The notes under the pieces were generated by a model. The model searched no databases. It saw only the letters and a program-made list of their open reading frames with translations, and was not told the DNA's origin. Shown here one piece after another: positions 1-13,074 of a stretch of DNA of 54,020 bases. Positions within the stretch are counted from its first letter, which is position 1, and every line of letters begins with the position of its first letter. The stretch is taken from positions 26,520,274 through 26,574,293 of the forward strand of contig NC_068999.1 in NCBI RefSeq assembly GCF_001194135.2, written 5' to 3'. A program made the translations under genes and the position numbers. Source of the stretch: Octopus bimaculoides (lineage: Eukaryota).

Positions 1-37
1 ATATATACGTATGTTTGGGTGCGTGTGTGTATATACA

Positions 38-128
38 TCTCTATATATAAAGATGATGCGTAGTCTAGACGGCGTTTTTAGATTTCATTATTCTCTTTAA
101 CCCGGGCAACGCCGGGTATTTCTGCTAG
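38..128 (+). mobile_element. Non-autonomous mini-Helitron (91 bp)
   Basis: A|TCTCTATATATAAAG ... CCCGGGCAACGCCGGG hairpin (101-116) ... CTAG|T. Confidence 0.72.
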
Positions 129-140
129 TATGTATATAAT

Positions 141-3100
141 GTCGTTGTTGTTAGGCCTCTTTACTCCTCTGGGAACATAGGGCTGCAACAGCATTTTTCC
201 AATGGATGTGGTTCTGGGGGATCCTCTTCAGCCTGGCCCATGTCATTCTGGCTGCCCTCACCTCTGCATTGACACTTTTGCACCAAGACTGTTTTGGTTA
301 GCCCACTTTTTGCTTCCCCTGTAGGTTCCAGTCAAGGGCCTGCTTGATGACATTTAGTGCAGGCTTTCATAGCATGTGACCTATCCATCCCCATTTTTGT
401 TTCTTGATATCTGTCACGATTGGGGCTTGTTTTGTCCTGTCCCTCAGTTGTTCATTGGAGACATCCTCTGGCCATCTGATTTTAAGAATGTTTCTGAAAC
501 ATCTGTTAGTGAATGTCTGGCACTTGTGGGTGTTAGTCTTGGTCACTTGCCATGTTTCTGAGCCATAAAGTAGTACTGACTTAACATTTGTGTTGAAGAT
601 CCAGATCTTGTGAAGTGAGAGGGCTGTTGATCTCCAGATTGGTTGCAATGCATTGAAAGCATGTCAGGATTTGTTATTCGGCATTTAATGTCCTCATCTG
701 TCCTGCCATTTTACTGACTACACTGCCCTGGTAAACAAACCTGTCGACGTCCTTGATATCATCCTGGTGTCTTGCTGTCTTTTGTTCACTCTCATGACCT
801 CTGTCTTCTTACTGTTGATCTGGAGGCCAGTCCTCTCCGCTTCTTCTGCAACACGACATAGCTTCTCCTGTGCATATTGCTGCTAGTGGGAGAGAAGACT
901 GATGTCATCTGCGTAGTCTAGGTTTTCCAACTGTTTATCAAAGGGCCACTGGATACCTATCCTCTTGCCTGCTGTGGCTTGTCTCATGATCCAATCAACC
1001 AACATCAAGAATATCATTGGTGAAAGCAAACAACCCTGTTGGATGCTGGTTTGCACATTGAAGGGTTCTGTCAGATTCCCACTGTGGATAACTTGACAGG
1101 TGGCATCTTCATATAGCTGTTGTATGATGATGAACTTTTGTGGGAAGCCGTAATGGTACATCAGTCTCCAGATGACATCTCTGTTGACACTATCAAAGGC
1201 CTTCTGAAAGTAGACAAAGACTGTGTATAGGGGAGTCTGCACTCTAGAGACTGCTTGATGATAATCTGCATTGTTGCAATGTGGTCTGTGCAGGATCTAT
1301 CTTGATGGAAGCCTGCTAGTTCATCACGAAGTGTCTTGTTCAAGGTGGTCATCAATTTCTCAAGGATAATTTTTGTTAATACTTTCCCTAGGATGGATAG
1401 CAGCATGATTCCCCTCCAGTTATTGCAAGATAACAGGTCCCCTTTCTTAGGCAGCTTTACTAGGTGTCCTTTCTTCCAGTCTTCTGGCACTCTCTCTTGT
1501 TCCCAGATCTTCAGGAGAGGGTGCAGCATCTCAGTTGAAGTCTGAATGTCTGCCTTCAATGCTTCAGGAGGTATTGCATTTGGGCTTACTGCCTCTCCCA
1601 ACTCAAGGAACTTGATGGCTTTGGTGATTTCAGTCTTGGTTAGTGGGTTGGTGTTGATGTCTAGAAACTTGGTCAGTTGTGGGGTGTCTGGCAGGACTGA
1701 TTGTGCAGGTCTGTTTTATGTTTCCTTAAAGTGCTCTGCCCATCGTGCTCTCTCTTTTTCGTCACCTGGGATAATGTTTCCATTCTTGTCTTTGACTGGA
1801 TGACTGGGGCTGTTGGCTTTTCCAGCGAGTGTTCTGTTGATCTCGTACAGTCTCTTCATGTTCCTCTGGACTCAATGACATTTCTTAGCTACTCAATGAC
1901 ATTTCTCTTGTCCTTCCTTGCACTTGTCTTCACATTCTGGTTTTTCTCCCAGTAATGTGCTTGTAGTTTTTGCTTCTGTTCTTGATTTTATGTCTGGCTG
2001 ATCTGATCTTTCAGTTGTTTTCTCTCTGTGATCAGCTTCCATGTCTTTGTTGTTTACCACTACTTGTCGTTTTCCCCATGTTGCCCTCCAGACCTCTCTC
2101 TGTCTATGCCACTGTTATTCTATTGTTTCCTCTGCTAATTGTGAAAGTGCACTAAACTTATTCCTCAGTTCAACCTTGAATCTTTTTGCTATTTCTTTCT
2201 CTTTCCGGCTGCATACATTGTACCTGTGTGATGGTCTTCCTGCCCGGTTGTTGTAGGCTTTCAGCTTGGTCCTGAGTACTGCCACTACCAGGTGGTGATC
2301 CAATGCTGTGTCAGCCCCACGTTCCACCCTGATGTCATGCAGGCTCCTTCTCCACTTTCTGTCAATAGTGATGTGGTCAACCTGTTTCTCAGTCTTGCCA
2401 TTAGGGGAAATCCATGTCTTGTAGATTTTCTTGTGGGGAAAGACAGTGCCTCCTATGATTAGGTCATTGAAGGAGCAAAATTCTGTAAAAAGTTTGCCAT
2501 TTTCATTTTTTTCTCCGATGCCACGTCTGTCCATGAACCATTCTCTGACTTTGTTGTCTGTTCCTACTTTTGCATTCAAGTCTTCCATAAGAATCTTCAG
2601 GTCTCTCTTTGGTGTTTTATCCATGACTGCTTGGAGTTGCTCACAGAACTCTTCTTTGTTCACTATATTTGCTGCACAGCACTGTAAGATGGTAACTTTT
2701 CTACTCCGAGTTGAATCTTGCAGTCAGGATCCTTGGTGACATTAGTTCCTAAGACAGCATTGCTTATGTTGCTTCAGGTGTCATCAGCAGTGCTACTCCA
2801 TACCTGTGTGGTTAGACTTCCTCCTGTCCAAAGTAGATGGTGTCACCCGTCGTGAGCCTTGTTCATCCTGTTCCCGTCCATCTTGTCTTGCACAGGTCAA
2901 GAATCTTCAGATTGCAACTTTGCATCTCTCTGCACACTTGTGCACTTTTTCCTGCCTCATATAGGGTTCGGATGTTCCTGGCTGTCAGAAGAGTTGGCAT
3001 GCTGGCTTCCGAAGGTTTTTGCCAGCTCATATCATGTGCTCTACCAGAGAGGACTCTTCCTCGACCACGTCGTTTGGGAGTGCTGTTGCAGTTTCTGTAA

Positions 3101-3290
3101 CAGGTATGTTTTTTTTACTAGACCGGGTTGTTAGCCCAATGCTAAGCCCCTGACCTGGAGGGCCAGTTGAGTACTCTTCATCTGGTCCCTTTTGACCTGT
3201 CTAGCTTGGGTGGCCCTACTAAAAGACAAATCTCCTGGCAGCATAGCTCTCATGGTCATAGAGTCACACAAGCCCCGCAATCAATGACAG
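141..3290 (-). mobile_element. Near full-length, frameshifted RTE-clade LINE (APE endonuclease + RT)
   Basis: EDLNAKVG, DHITI, LDHHLV (EN); WRGIMLL, FQKAFDSV, QGCLLSP, YADD (RT); LLYGSETW, WGWIGH C-terminus; (caa)-like tail; outer boundaries approximate. Confidence 0.9.
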
Positions 3291-3634
3291 GGTGGTACTC
3301 ATCTGCAATGTACATACATATATACATATATATATGTATATATTATATACATGACAGAGTGGTCAGGGTGTTCCACTCATGACTACAAGATCATGGTTTC
3401 AGTTCCTGGACTGGGTAGTATGCTGTGTTCTTGAGCAAAACACTTTATTTCACATTGCTGAGATCACTTCGACCCCTGATATGTGACAGACTATGCAGCC
3501 ATTCAGACATCATTGATTTGATGGAAGAAGTAAACTAATGTACATGCACAAACATTTGATCATGATAAACAAATCCTTTGTGCAGGTTGTTCAGCAAAAA
3601 ATTGCAGAACTCTTTCTCAGACTTGAGAGACTTC

Positions 3635-3810
3635 CATCATCATCATCATTTAACATCCGTTTTCCATGCTGACAGTTTGACAGGAGCTGGCAAGCCAGAG
3701 AGCGGAACCAGGCTTCAATTGGCTGTTTCGGCATTGTTTCTACAGCTGGGTGCCCTTCTTAATGCTAACCACTTTACAGAGTGTACTGGGTGCTTTCTAT
3801 GTTGCACACA
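3635..3810 (-). repeat. Diverged (GAT)n-tailed SINE-like repeat
   Basis: Similar to 53720-53900. Confidence 0.65.
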
Positions 3811-3823
3811 TGTACATAAATAC

Positions 3824-3860
<37 letters not shown>

Positions 3861-4514
3861 CGATAAAGTGTAGATATATATATATATAATTAAAATACTA
3901 GGGAAAAAATTTGAATATTAATAAATATCCAATTTTAATATTTAATATCAGGAAACTAGCGCATTAAATCCTTTTCAGATTTCAGATAATTTTTTCTGAA
4001 TCTCCTGATTCTTTTAATGTGCTAGTTTCCTGATATTAAATTGATATTAATTAATATCCAGTTGTTTACCCTATTATTTTAATTAACCATAACCACATTC
4101 TCAAAGTTGGTAAATTCGATGCAGAAATTATTTTCTGCAGAGATATTTCCGGATTTAGCGCGCCAAAACTAAGACTTTTGAATATTACTATATATAATTA
4201 ATAGAACCATGGTTCTTCACTCGTTGGGAACAACTAGTATATGATTCTGGGAATTATATTTCTTTGGCAGTCCATACTGAAGAGAAACAGATATTTTCGG
4301 TAAGAAAGTATTGATTTTGAAACCTGGTTTATGGATAACTATGTATTTATTTCTATAATTTTCACTAGTCTTGCCCGCTGTTTTTGCTTCGCTAAATTTT
4401 TCTTTGAGAACTATTTGGTGATCTACTTCTAGCACATTAGCAGTCCACTTAGTGGTCTCTTTTATATATACATACACACACACATATATATATATATATT
4501 TATATCTATACATA

Positions 4515-4790
4515 TCTTTTACTTGTTTCAGTCATTTGACTGTGGCCATGCTGGAGCACCGCCTTTAGTCGAGCAAATCGACCCCAGGACTTATTCTTTG
4601 TAAGCCTAGTACTTATTCTATCAGTCTCTTTTGCTGAACCACTAAGTTACGGGGACGTAAATACACCAGCATCAGTTGTCAAGTGATGTTGGAGGGACAA
4701 ACACAGACACACAAATATATACACACATACATATATACGACGGGCTTCTTTCAGTTTCAGTCTACCAAATCCACTCACAAGGCTTTGGTA
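4515..4790 (-). mobile_element. tRNA-derived SINE family A (5'-truncated)
   Basis: Same body and tail as 6690-7065 and 10822-11320. Confidence 0.75.
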
Positions 4791-4961
4791 AGAGCCGAGG
4801 TATAAAAACAACTTTCAGGAACAATAGTGGTTTATTGATGTAGAAGGTTGTAAATTTTTCCCATAACAAAGTTTGATAAGCTGAAAAAAGTTTATTTTAT
4901 AGTTAACAGTTAGCAACTGGAGTTGTGTATGCTTTTAAAAATCAAAAAATTAGGGAACATT

Positions 4962-5169
4962 GCTAGCAGAACCTCGGAAGTTGTAATTACCCAAACAAAG
5001 GGTAATTCGCTAGCTACTTGTTGGGCCAAAGATACCTTAATCAAATGAAGTTTACTGGGGTCCCTTGACAACAATGTGAACTTCATTCGATCAAGATATC
5101 TTTGGTCTGATGAGTAGATGGCAGATTACCCTTTGTTTGGGTAATTACTACTTCTGAGGTTCTGCTAGC
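4962..5169. mobile_element. Fold-back MITE-like palindrome (208 bp)
   Basis: GCTAGCAGAACCTCGGAAGT... / ...ACTTCTGAGGTTCTGCTAGC; arms pair inward to a ~20-nt loop. Confidence 0.8.
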
Positions 5170-5244
5170 TATGAAACATATGTAGCCTGGATTTTCTCTA
5201 TTCCATTCTCTAATTTTGGATATATATATATATATATATATGTG

Positions 5245-6458
5245 TGTAAGGGACGACCGTGCGAACTCAAAAAAGGAGATATGGTGACGAATGGAAAAAC
5301 AGAGGACTCCTTTTATTTAAACGTGTCACACGGTCGAACACAAAATATATATATCAGATATGATGATATACAAGATATGTTATACAACGATAACATAGAT
5401 GACCAGTAATGAAAGACCACAACCNNNNNNNNNNNNNNNNNNNNNNNNNNNNNNNNNNNNNNNNNNNNNNNNNNNNNNNNNNNNNNNNNNNNNNNNNNNN
5501 NNNNNNNNNNNNNNNNNNNNNNNNNNNNNNNNNNNNNNNNNNNNNNNNNNNNNNNNNNNNNNNNNNNNNNNNNNNNNNNNNNNNNNNNNNNNNNNNNNNN
5601 NNNNNNNNNNNNNNNNNNNNNNNNNNNNNNNNNNNNNNNNNNNNNNNNNNNNNNNNNNNNNNNNNNNNNNNNNNNNNNNNNNNNNNNNNNNNNNNNNNNN
5701 NNNNNNNNNNNNNNNNNNNNNNNNNNNNNNNNNNNNNNNNNNNNNNNNNNNNNNNNNNNNNNNNNNNNNNNNNNNNNNNNNNNNNNNNNNNNNNNNNNNN
5801 NNNNNNNNNNNNNNNNNNNNNNNNNNNNNNNNNNNNNNNNNNNNNNNNNNNNNNNNNNNNNNNNNNNNNNNNNNNNNNNNNNNNNNNNNNNNNNNNNNNN
5901 NNNNNNNNNNNNNNNNNNNNNNNNNNNNNNNNNNNNNNNNNNNNNNNNNNNNNNNNNNNNNNNNNNNNNNNNNNNNNNNNNNNNNNNNNNNNNNNNNNNN
6001 NNNNNNNNNNNNNNNNNNNNNNNNNNNNNNNNNNNNNNNNNNNNNNNNNNNNNNNNNNNNNNNNNNNNNNNNNNNNNNNNNNNNNNNNNNNNNNNNNNNN
6101 NNNNNNNNNNNNNNNNNNNNNNNNNNNNNNNNNNNNNNNNNNNNNNNNNNNNNNNNNNNNNNNNNNNNNNNNNNNNNNNNNNNNNNNNNNNNNNNNNNNG
6201 ATCTATTTATAGCATTAAGGAGGCTCACCAGATATCAGAAATATACTCTATCACGTGACCTTATTAAGGGCTGTGATTGGTCAGTTTGCGTTCTGGCGGG
6301 AACGGTTCGAAGAAGTTGCCGATTCGAATAATGATCAGTCACGTGATGACAAGGAATGGGTTCTCTACTACGCTCGCATTTATTTATATTTAAATGAGAA
6401 GATTGTATGTAATGGCGATAGTAGTTTGTATCTAATGGTGGGAGGTAGTTTCACTACA
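5245..6458 (-). mobile_element. Probable solo LTR (interrupted by N gap)
   Basis: TGTAAGG...CACTACA termini, TATGTG on both flanks (within microsatellite, ambiguous), minus-strand TATAAATA 6211-6204 and AATAAA 5317-5312. Confidence 0.55.
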
Positions 6459-6689
6459 TATGTGTGTGTGTGTATTACACACACCATTTTAATATCCACT
6501 TTCCCAGGCTTACATGGGTTGGATGGAGTTTATTTAGGTAGATGATTTTTTTTTTAGACAAAGTTATATTTCTCCATTGCAGAATATTGGAAAAGGATAT
6601 TCATTTACAACAATCATGCAATGTGCAAACAAGGAAACATAAACATACACAAACTAACATATACATTATATATATATATATTGCTTTTA

Positions 6690-7065
6690 TCTTTTACTTG
6701 TTTCAGTCATTAGAATGCAGTCATGCTGGGATACCACCTTGAAGAGTTTTTAGCCAAATGAATTGACCCTAGTGGTTTTTTTTTTAAACCTGGTACTTAT
6801 TCTATCAAGCTCTTTTGCCAAACTACTTAGTTATAGAAGGACATAAACAAACCAGCATTTGCTGACAAGCAGTGGTGGGGCACAAACACATATGTACATA
6901 TACATACAATAGGCTTTTTTTCAGTTTCCATCTAACAACTCCACTCACAAGGCTTTGGTTGGCCTGACACTATAGTAGAAGACACTTGTCCAAGGTGGCA
7001 TGCAGCGAGAGTGAACCTGAAACCATGTGGTTGGGAAGCAAATGTCTTAACCATATAGCCACACC
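6690..7065 (-). mobile_element. Full-length tRNA-derived SINE family A
   Basis: Head with degenerate A box (TGGCTATATGG) and B box (GGTTCACTCTC), body and tail as other copies. Confidence 0.75.
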
Positions 7066-7137
7066 TCTAGTTTTACATATATGCATTTGAGAAATTACGA
7101 TAAATATGAGTGTATGTATGTTATAGACACACACACA

Positions 7138-8315
7138 TAGGTGTTGGACAAAATAATGGAAACACCTTAAAATTTCAAACAAATTTATTTTAATACGGGG
7201 TAGGACTGCCTGTGGCAGTAATTACAGCTTGAATTCTATGAGGTATGGACTCGTACAAAGTTTTTGTCCATTCTTCAGCTAAAACAGTCTCCAGTTCTTG
7301 TAGTGATGATATCGACTTCTTGTTTTCCTAAAATGCACCATAAATGTTCAATAATGAGATCAGATAAGATGTTCAACTCCACTAGAATGTTCCTCATGCC
7401 ATTTAGTAACAACTTTAGCTGTGTGAATTGGTGCATTATCATCCTGAAAGATTGCATTTCCCTCAGGAAACAGTTCTGCAACCAAAGGATGAATTTGGTC
7501 AGATAAAACGCTTAAATAGTCCTGACTATTAATTTTACCATGAAAAGAAACCATTGGGCCAGTGGATTTCCAAGATATTGTCCCCCAGATCATCACAGAT
7601 CCTCCTCCATGTTTAACAGTTGGAAGAAGGCAGTCTGGGTCAAATGCTTCTTTTGGCTGTCTCCACACGTATACTTGGCCGGTGGTCAAAAATAAGGTAA
7701 AGGATGACTCGTCTGAGAAAATAACATTCTTCCACTACTCTAGAGACCAATTCTGTAGGTTTTTTTTACTCCACTCTAGATGCTTTGCAATGTTTGTTTT
7801 TAAAAGTAGTGGTTTTCTGATTGCAGCCCTCCTGTGAAATCCAGCTTCGTGCAGCTCCCAGCAAACAGTTTTTGTGGTCATTAAGCTGTGCAGTAATTTT
7901 GGGAGCTGTACTTTTGTGATCCTTTCTAACAATTCGCATAAGAGTCCAACAGTCCTTATCTGAAAGTTTTGGTTTTCTTCCAGAGTTTTGTTTTAACGAG
8001 GAGGTTTTTCCCTTGTTCTCAAAGGCTGTCATTACTTTCGAGACAGTACTTCTTGATACACCAAACATTTTGGCTGTTTTCGTTACACTAGTGCCTGCCA
8101 TATGAGCACCAACAATTTGACCTCTTTAAAAGTTCAATAGATCTATCATTTTAATTACATTGTTCTGATATCTGAAAAGAAACAGCAATTTTAGCAAAAC
8201 ATATTAAGCAACACTAATAATAAATCCAAAAACAAAAATAAACAAGCTTTTGACAGTTTTATAGATATTTCAAAATCATGATGCTAGGTGTTTCCATTAT
8301 TTTGTCCAAGCTCTG
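7138..8315 (-). mobile_element. Tc1/mariner DNA transposon, defective transposase
   Basis: TIR TTGGACAAAATAATGGAAACACC at both ends, TA at 8316-17; HTH GRKPKLS, TVKHGGGSVMIWG, FQDDNAPIH; frameshifts and deletion. Confidence 0.92.
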
Positions 8316-8448
8316 TATACACACACACACACCCAGAACCATGCTAATAGCTTAGGAGATAAATTTAGAATTTCTCGGTTTTCTGTGAATCGATTTTGAT
8401 AAAACTTTTTCTAGCTGGTTTGTACACTATGTCAACACCATCATTATG

Positions 8449-8612
8449 TTGACAAGCAGTGGTGGGGCACAAACACAGACACATATGTATATATACATAC
8501 AATAGGCTTTTTTTTCTGTTTCCATCTAACAACTCCACTCACAAGGCTTTGGTTGGCCTGACACTATAGTAGAAGACACTTGCCCAAGGTGGCATGCAAC
8601 GAGAGTGAACCT
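8449..8612 (-). repeat. SINE A segment near-identical to ~6860-7020
   Basis: Direct sequence comparison. Confidence 0.8.
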
Positions 8613-8630
8613 CATGTAAAGACAACCACG

Positions 8631-9917
8631 ATTATTCTGTGTAATGTCCTTTCTTTTTTATTTCAGATTCTTCAGTTTTTGGGTGAACCATGCTAATAGC
8701 CCATCTAGACATTTTTTTTGAGAAAATGAAGGGTAATGATACATATTAAGCAAGCATCTAGTATATATTTAAAAGAAACCATAATAATATTATAACATCT
8801 ATTGACATAATGGATTATTTAGTTACATGAGCGCCATTTCAATGGATAACTTCAAAAATCCTATTAGTTATGGAGTCTGCCAATTTCTTAATAGTAGCAG
8901 GTTGTACTGTTTTTGCTGCAGCTTTGATGGTCACCCATAAGACATCTTTCGACGTAAATTGGTGTCCATCGGCATATACATCTTGTTTAATGCTGGACCA
9001 AAGATTTTCGATAGGGTTGAGATCCAGAGATGCGAGCAGCCACACCATCAACCTTTCACCTAGTATGCTGTAAGACCCTAGGAATGTTTGGGTGGTCCTA
9101 GCAGAGTAGGAGGGAGCATTGTCATTTATGAATACAAGATTCCTTAGAAGTGACAGCAGTATGTCATCTAGCCAGGGAGCCAAGACCTCCTTCAGGAGAT
9201 TGCAGTAGGCAGCTGTGGTCACTTTAATTTCTTCAGGCACCCTGACTGGGCCAACAAGTCTATCCCTAATGACACCAGCCCACAACATGACTCCTCTACC
9301 CTGTTGTTGATCTTGTAAACATTGGCGACACTCATCTTCAAAACTGACCCAACCATTTGCCCAACTGTCAGATCCATCAGGGTTGCCCTGGTTTCGCCAG
9401 TGAACAGAACACAATTCATGTCTAACATCATGTACTTTTGGGTCCATTGAAGCCTTAAACTCCCGTGGTGTGGTGTTAAAGGAGGTAGTTTCAGGGGTTC
9501 TCGTATGGAAGCCATGGTCCCGAAGATGCAATTTCTGGTGGTTTTCAATACACAAGGAAGTCTGGAGGTGGTGAAAATGTCTTTGCTTGTTTGTCCAGGT
9601 TTCCCACATAACTTGCAGTCAATATTCCTTAAATCCCTGGCTGTTACAGTCTTGGAAGTTTCACAATCGGATTGTTTCTTCCTTGGTAAAGGGTCCTTCA
9701 GGAATTGTCTAACCGTGTCTACATGATGACCTAATTTCTCCGCAATGACATAAAGAGAGGTTCTTTTAGCACTTTCCTTGATGATCACAGACTTTCCTTC
9801 ATCATTAAGGCCTTTCCCACGTCCCATTGTGCTTAGAGAAGAGAGACACTATTAGCATGGCTCACCCCAAAACTAAAGAATCTGAAATAAAAAAGAAAGG
9901 GCGTTACACAGAATAAT
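8631..9917 (-). mobile_element. Tc1-like DD37E (TRT/ITmD37E-type) transposon, frameshifted
   Basis: ~69-bp inverted repeats 8631-8699 / 9849-9917; DGSDSWANGW motif, INDNAP-(37 aa spacing)-NPIE. Confidence 0.85.
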
Positions 9918-10821
9918 GAAAACATAACAATTGTGTTGCCATAGTGTGCAAACCAGCTGGGAAATGTTTTAGGAGTAAATAATCAAATAGATAAAATATA
10001 ACTTTTTATCAGGTTAGAGCAGAGTGAATTATAACATATAGTGATGAAATGGATAATATATACTGTAATAAATGATAGAATAAAATAATTATGTTGAGTA
10101 AAGAAATCTAAAAAGGTAAAGATATAAATTTAGTTTAACTAGTATTTCATCATAATAGGTTTTAAGTAAATCATAAGCTATGTAAAAAGCATTGGAGTTG
10201 GGCCCATATAATAAGCATTAGGAAAGGCATCCAGCCATAGAAACCATACCAAAACAGCTATGGAAGCCCAGCTGGCCAGCTCCTGTCAAACTGTCCAACC
10301 CATTCCAGCATAGAAAACAGACATTAACTGATGACGAGATATATGCACTCCCTAACACCAACCACTTTACAGAGTATACTGGGTGCTTTTACATGGTACC
10401 AGCACCCACAAACCTATAAGATTAGGATCACTCAGCTGAAGAGAGATTCAGGGGACATACCTGTATGCAAAGACAACCATGATTTTATTTGGTTTGACAG
10501 GTCTTCTGAAGCACAACAAACTACCAGAAGTCTTGGTCCCATTATCCCCTCTGTGAGGTTCAACGGGTGAAGATCCTTTTTTATTTCTTCCCAGGTCTAC
10601 TCCTTCCATTTAGAGATTGGCACTTCTTGATGCAGCTGTCTTCATTCATGTGCATGACTGTACCAGCACAATCTTCTCTCTTACTACATTTGATGGCTTG
10701 TATGTCCAGGTAGGTTTTCTCTCAAATGTACATGTAAGTTTGTGCAAGTAGGTATGGTTAGACATATATGCATTTATATTTATGGGTGTGTACATCCATT
10801 ACTCTACATTTTCTCTCTTAT

Positions 10822-11320
10822 CTATTACTTGCTTCAGTCATTGGATGGCAGCCATGCTGGGATACTGCCTTAAAGGGTTTAGTTGAACGAATTGACCCCA
10901 GGATTTATTTTTAAGGCTGGTACTCATTCTACTGGTCTTTTTGCTGAACAGCTAAGTTATGGGGTTGTAAACAAACCAACACTGGCTGTCAAGTGGTGGT
11001 GTGGTATAAATACAGACACTCTCTGAGTGGTTGGCGTTAGGAAGGGCATCCAGCTGTAGAAACTCTGCCAAATCAGACTGGAGCCTGGTGTTGCCATCCG
11101 GTTTCACCAGTCCTCAGTCAAATCGTCCAACCCATGCTAGCATGGAAAGCGGACGTTAAACGATGATGATGATGATGATGACAGAATAGACTTCTTTCAG
11201 TTTCCACTAACCTAAACCACTCACAAGGCTATAATAGAAGACACTTGCCCAAGAGGTCATGCAGTGGGAGTGAATATGAAACCAGGTTTCTTACTATACA
11301 GTCATGCCTGCACCTACATT
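10822..11320 (-). mobile_element. SINE A host with nested opposite-strand SINE
   Basis: Family A body interrupted at ~11017-11180. Confidence 0.65.
11017..11180 (+). mobile_element. Young (GAT)n-tailed SINE family B fragment
   Basis: Almost identical to reverse complement of ~53720-53885; (GAT)n tail. Confidence 0.85.
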
Positions 11321-13074
11321 GGTATTTTACTTACCTGTTTATTTAGAGTTTTCTTCTTCTTTCTTTTTGTCTTAATGTATTCAAATCAGTAATGGTTTTC
11401 TGATTAACATAACATAATATTCTTGATTTGGATACACACAGCTTACAAATTAAATTATGTATCACAATTATGAACTTATACATTTAGTAACGTTTATCTT
11501 GATGAAACAGCTGTTAAACACAAAGTATGTTGCTCTTAAAGATCATTATAGCTGATTATGTAAATACATGCAAGTCAGTTTGACCTGGGATTTATTACAC
11601 TCTTAAAGTCGATTTATTTTTTTATGCTTACATATCAATAAATATATATATAAATATACACACATACATAAATACATATACACTGGGGCTGTAGAAGACA
11701 CTTGCTCAAGGTACAGCAGAGAGAGAAGAGAACCCAAAAACTGTGATTACAAAGTACAGTTCTCAACTACACAGCTATGCCTGTACCTAAACACAGTTTT
11801 GTTTGGCCCAAGACGTTAGTGAGAGAGGTTTGCCTTGGTGCAGTACATTATATGCACACACACACATTATATATATATACACATGCATGCATATATACAC
11901 ACTTGTACACAAATACACACACATATATATATACATACCTATACACACATACACACAGGTACAAGTCTGTATTTGTGTGTATACAAATATATGTTGCCAT
12001 TTGTAAATGAAAGTGGAAGATAGTTCTTATGATGTGGTGTAAATTTTATTCAAATATTTATTTAAACTGGCATTGTGGTCACTTCTCTAATTTCACACTG
12101 TGATCTTTCTGGTGACCTGGAAGATCGTAGAGTGTTTAAAGTCAAATAGTCACCAAAATCTTAGTTTAAATAAATATGTGTTTAGAAGAAAAGTAATAAA
12201 TAAGAAACAGAAGAATATGATATCAATTTGATAAATATTGCATGTTATCTTACATTCATGTTTACTGAACTTTAAAACTATCTACATGTAATCACATGCA
12301 GATTTCTGTATATAAATATATTTACAGACATTTCTGCATATACACATGTAAGATAAATTATTTAATTAAACTGTTATACATTAATACATGAAATTTATAT
12401 GAGAATGTATAACAGATGCATTTGTACAGACGTACACATTCAACAGTCACCACAAATTACATATGATATATCGCAATCAATGTATGTTGAAAATATGTTG
12501 AATTATTTTTATTAAGAGTTTTAAAAAAATGGACATTAAAGCTGAAAATATTGGGAATTAAGTAGAAAGTAGTAAGATGCAGTACCTGATGCACAGGCAG
12601 TTCAAAGTATAGGAAAGTGTTAAAAGATTTTTATAGTCACACTTAATGAAATATTCACCTTAGATGTACCAATATATAAAGACTAAATAAATAATGATAG
12701 ATATATTGTTATTTTAGTATCAAAGTATTTTTTAAAAAATTCCACTAATTACAGCAGGTGAGCAAAATCATATTCCTATCACTAGGCAATGTCAGAGATA
12801 TCAGCATGATAATGCAAAACTGAGTTGAATTTAGGTAATACTGATAACTGAAAATATTTGTTTGTAAGTTTTCTGGAGATGTCAGTACAAATTTTTTCTG
12901 ATCAATTTTCCAAATGGTACACATGGTTTTCATCACATTAAATCCTGAAAATACTTTTTGGTATACAATGGTAGCTTGTTGATGACTGTTGGGGAAGATC
13001 GTCTTGTTTTAATGCCTTCTCTCATGATTGACACAGGAGCATTGTTAATCAAAACTTAAAGAACATAAGTGAGT

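Noticed and set aside
5380-6331. Long ORFs across N gaps (also near 14.1-14.9 kb, 24.2-24.7 kb and 52.0-52.3 kb)
   Set aside because: Produced by translating Ns.
6980-7065. tRNA-like A/B boxes (also at 32.4 and 32.6 kb)
   Set aside because: SINE heads with degenerate boxes and no full cloverleaf; not tRNA genes.
11777-12023. HT/YI/VC-rich ORFs (also at 30.9, 42.1, 48.9 and 53.2-53.7 kb)
   Set aside because: Translations of (TA)n/(CA)n microsatellites.
12045-12050. AATAAA as the USP poly(A) signal
   Set aside because: Plausible, but one of several in AT-rich DNA; cannot be assigned without 3'-end data.
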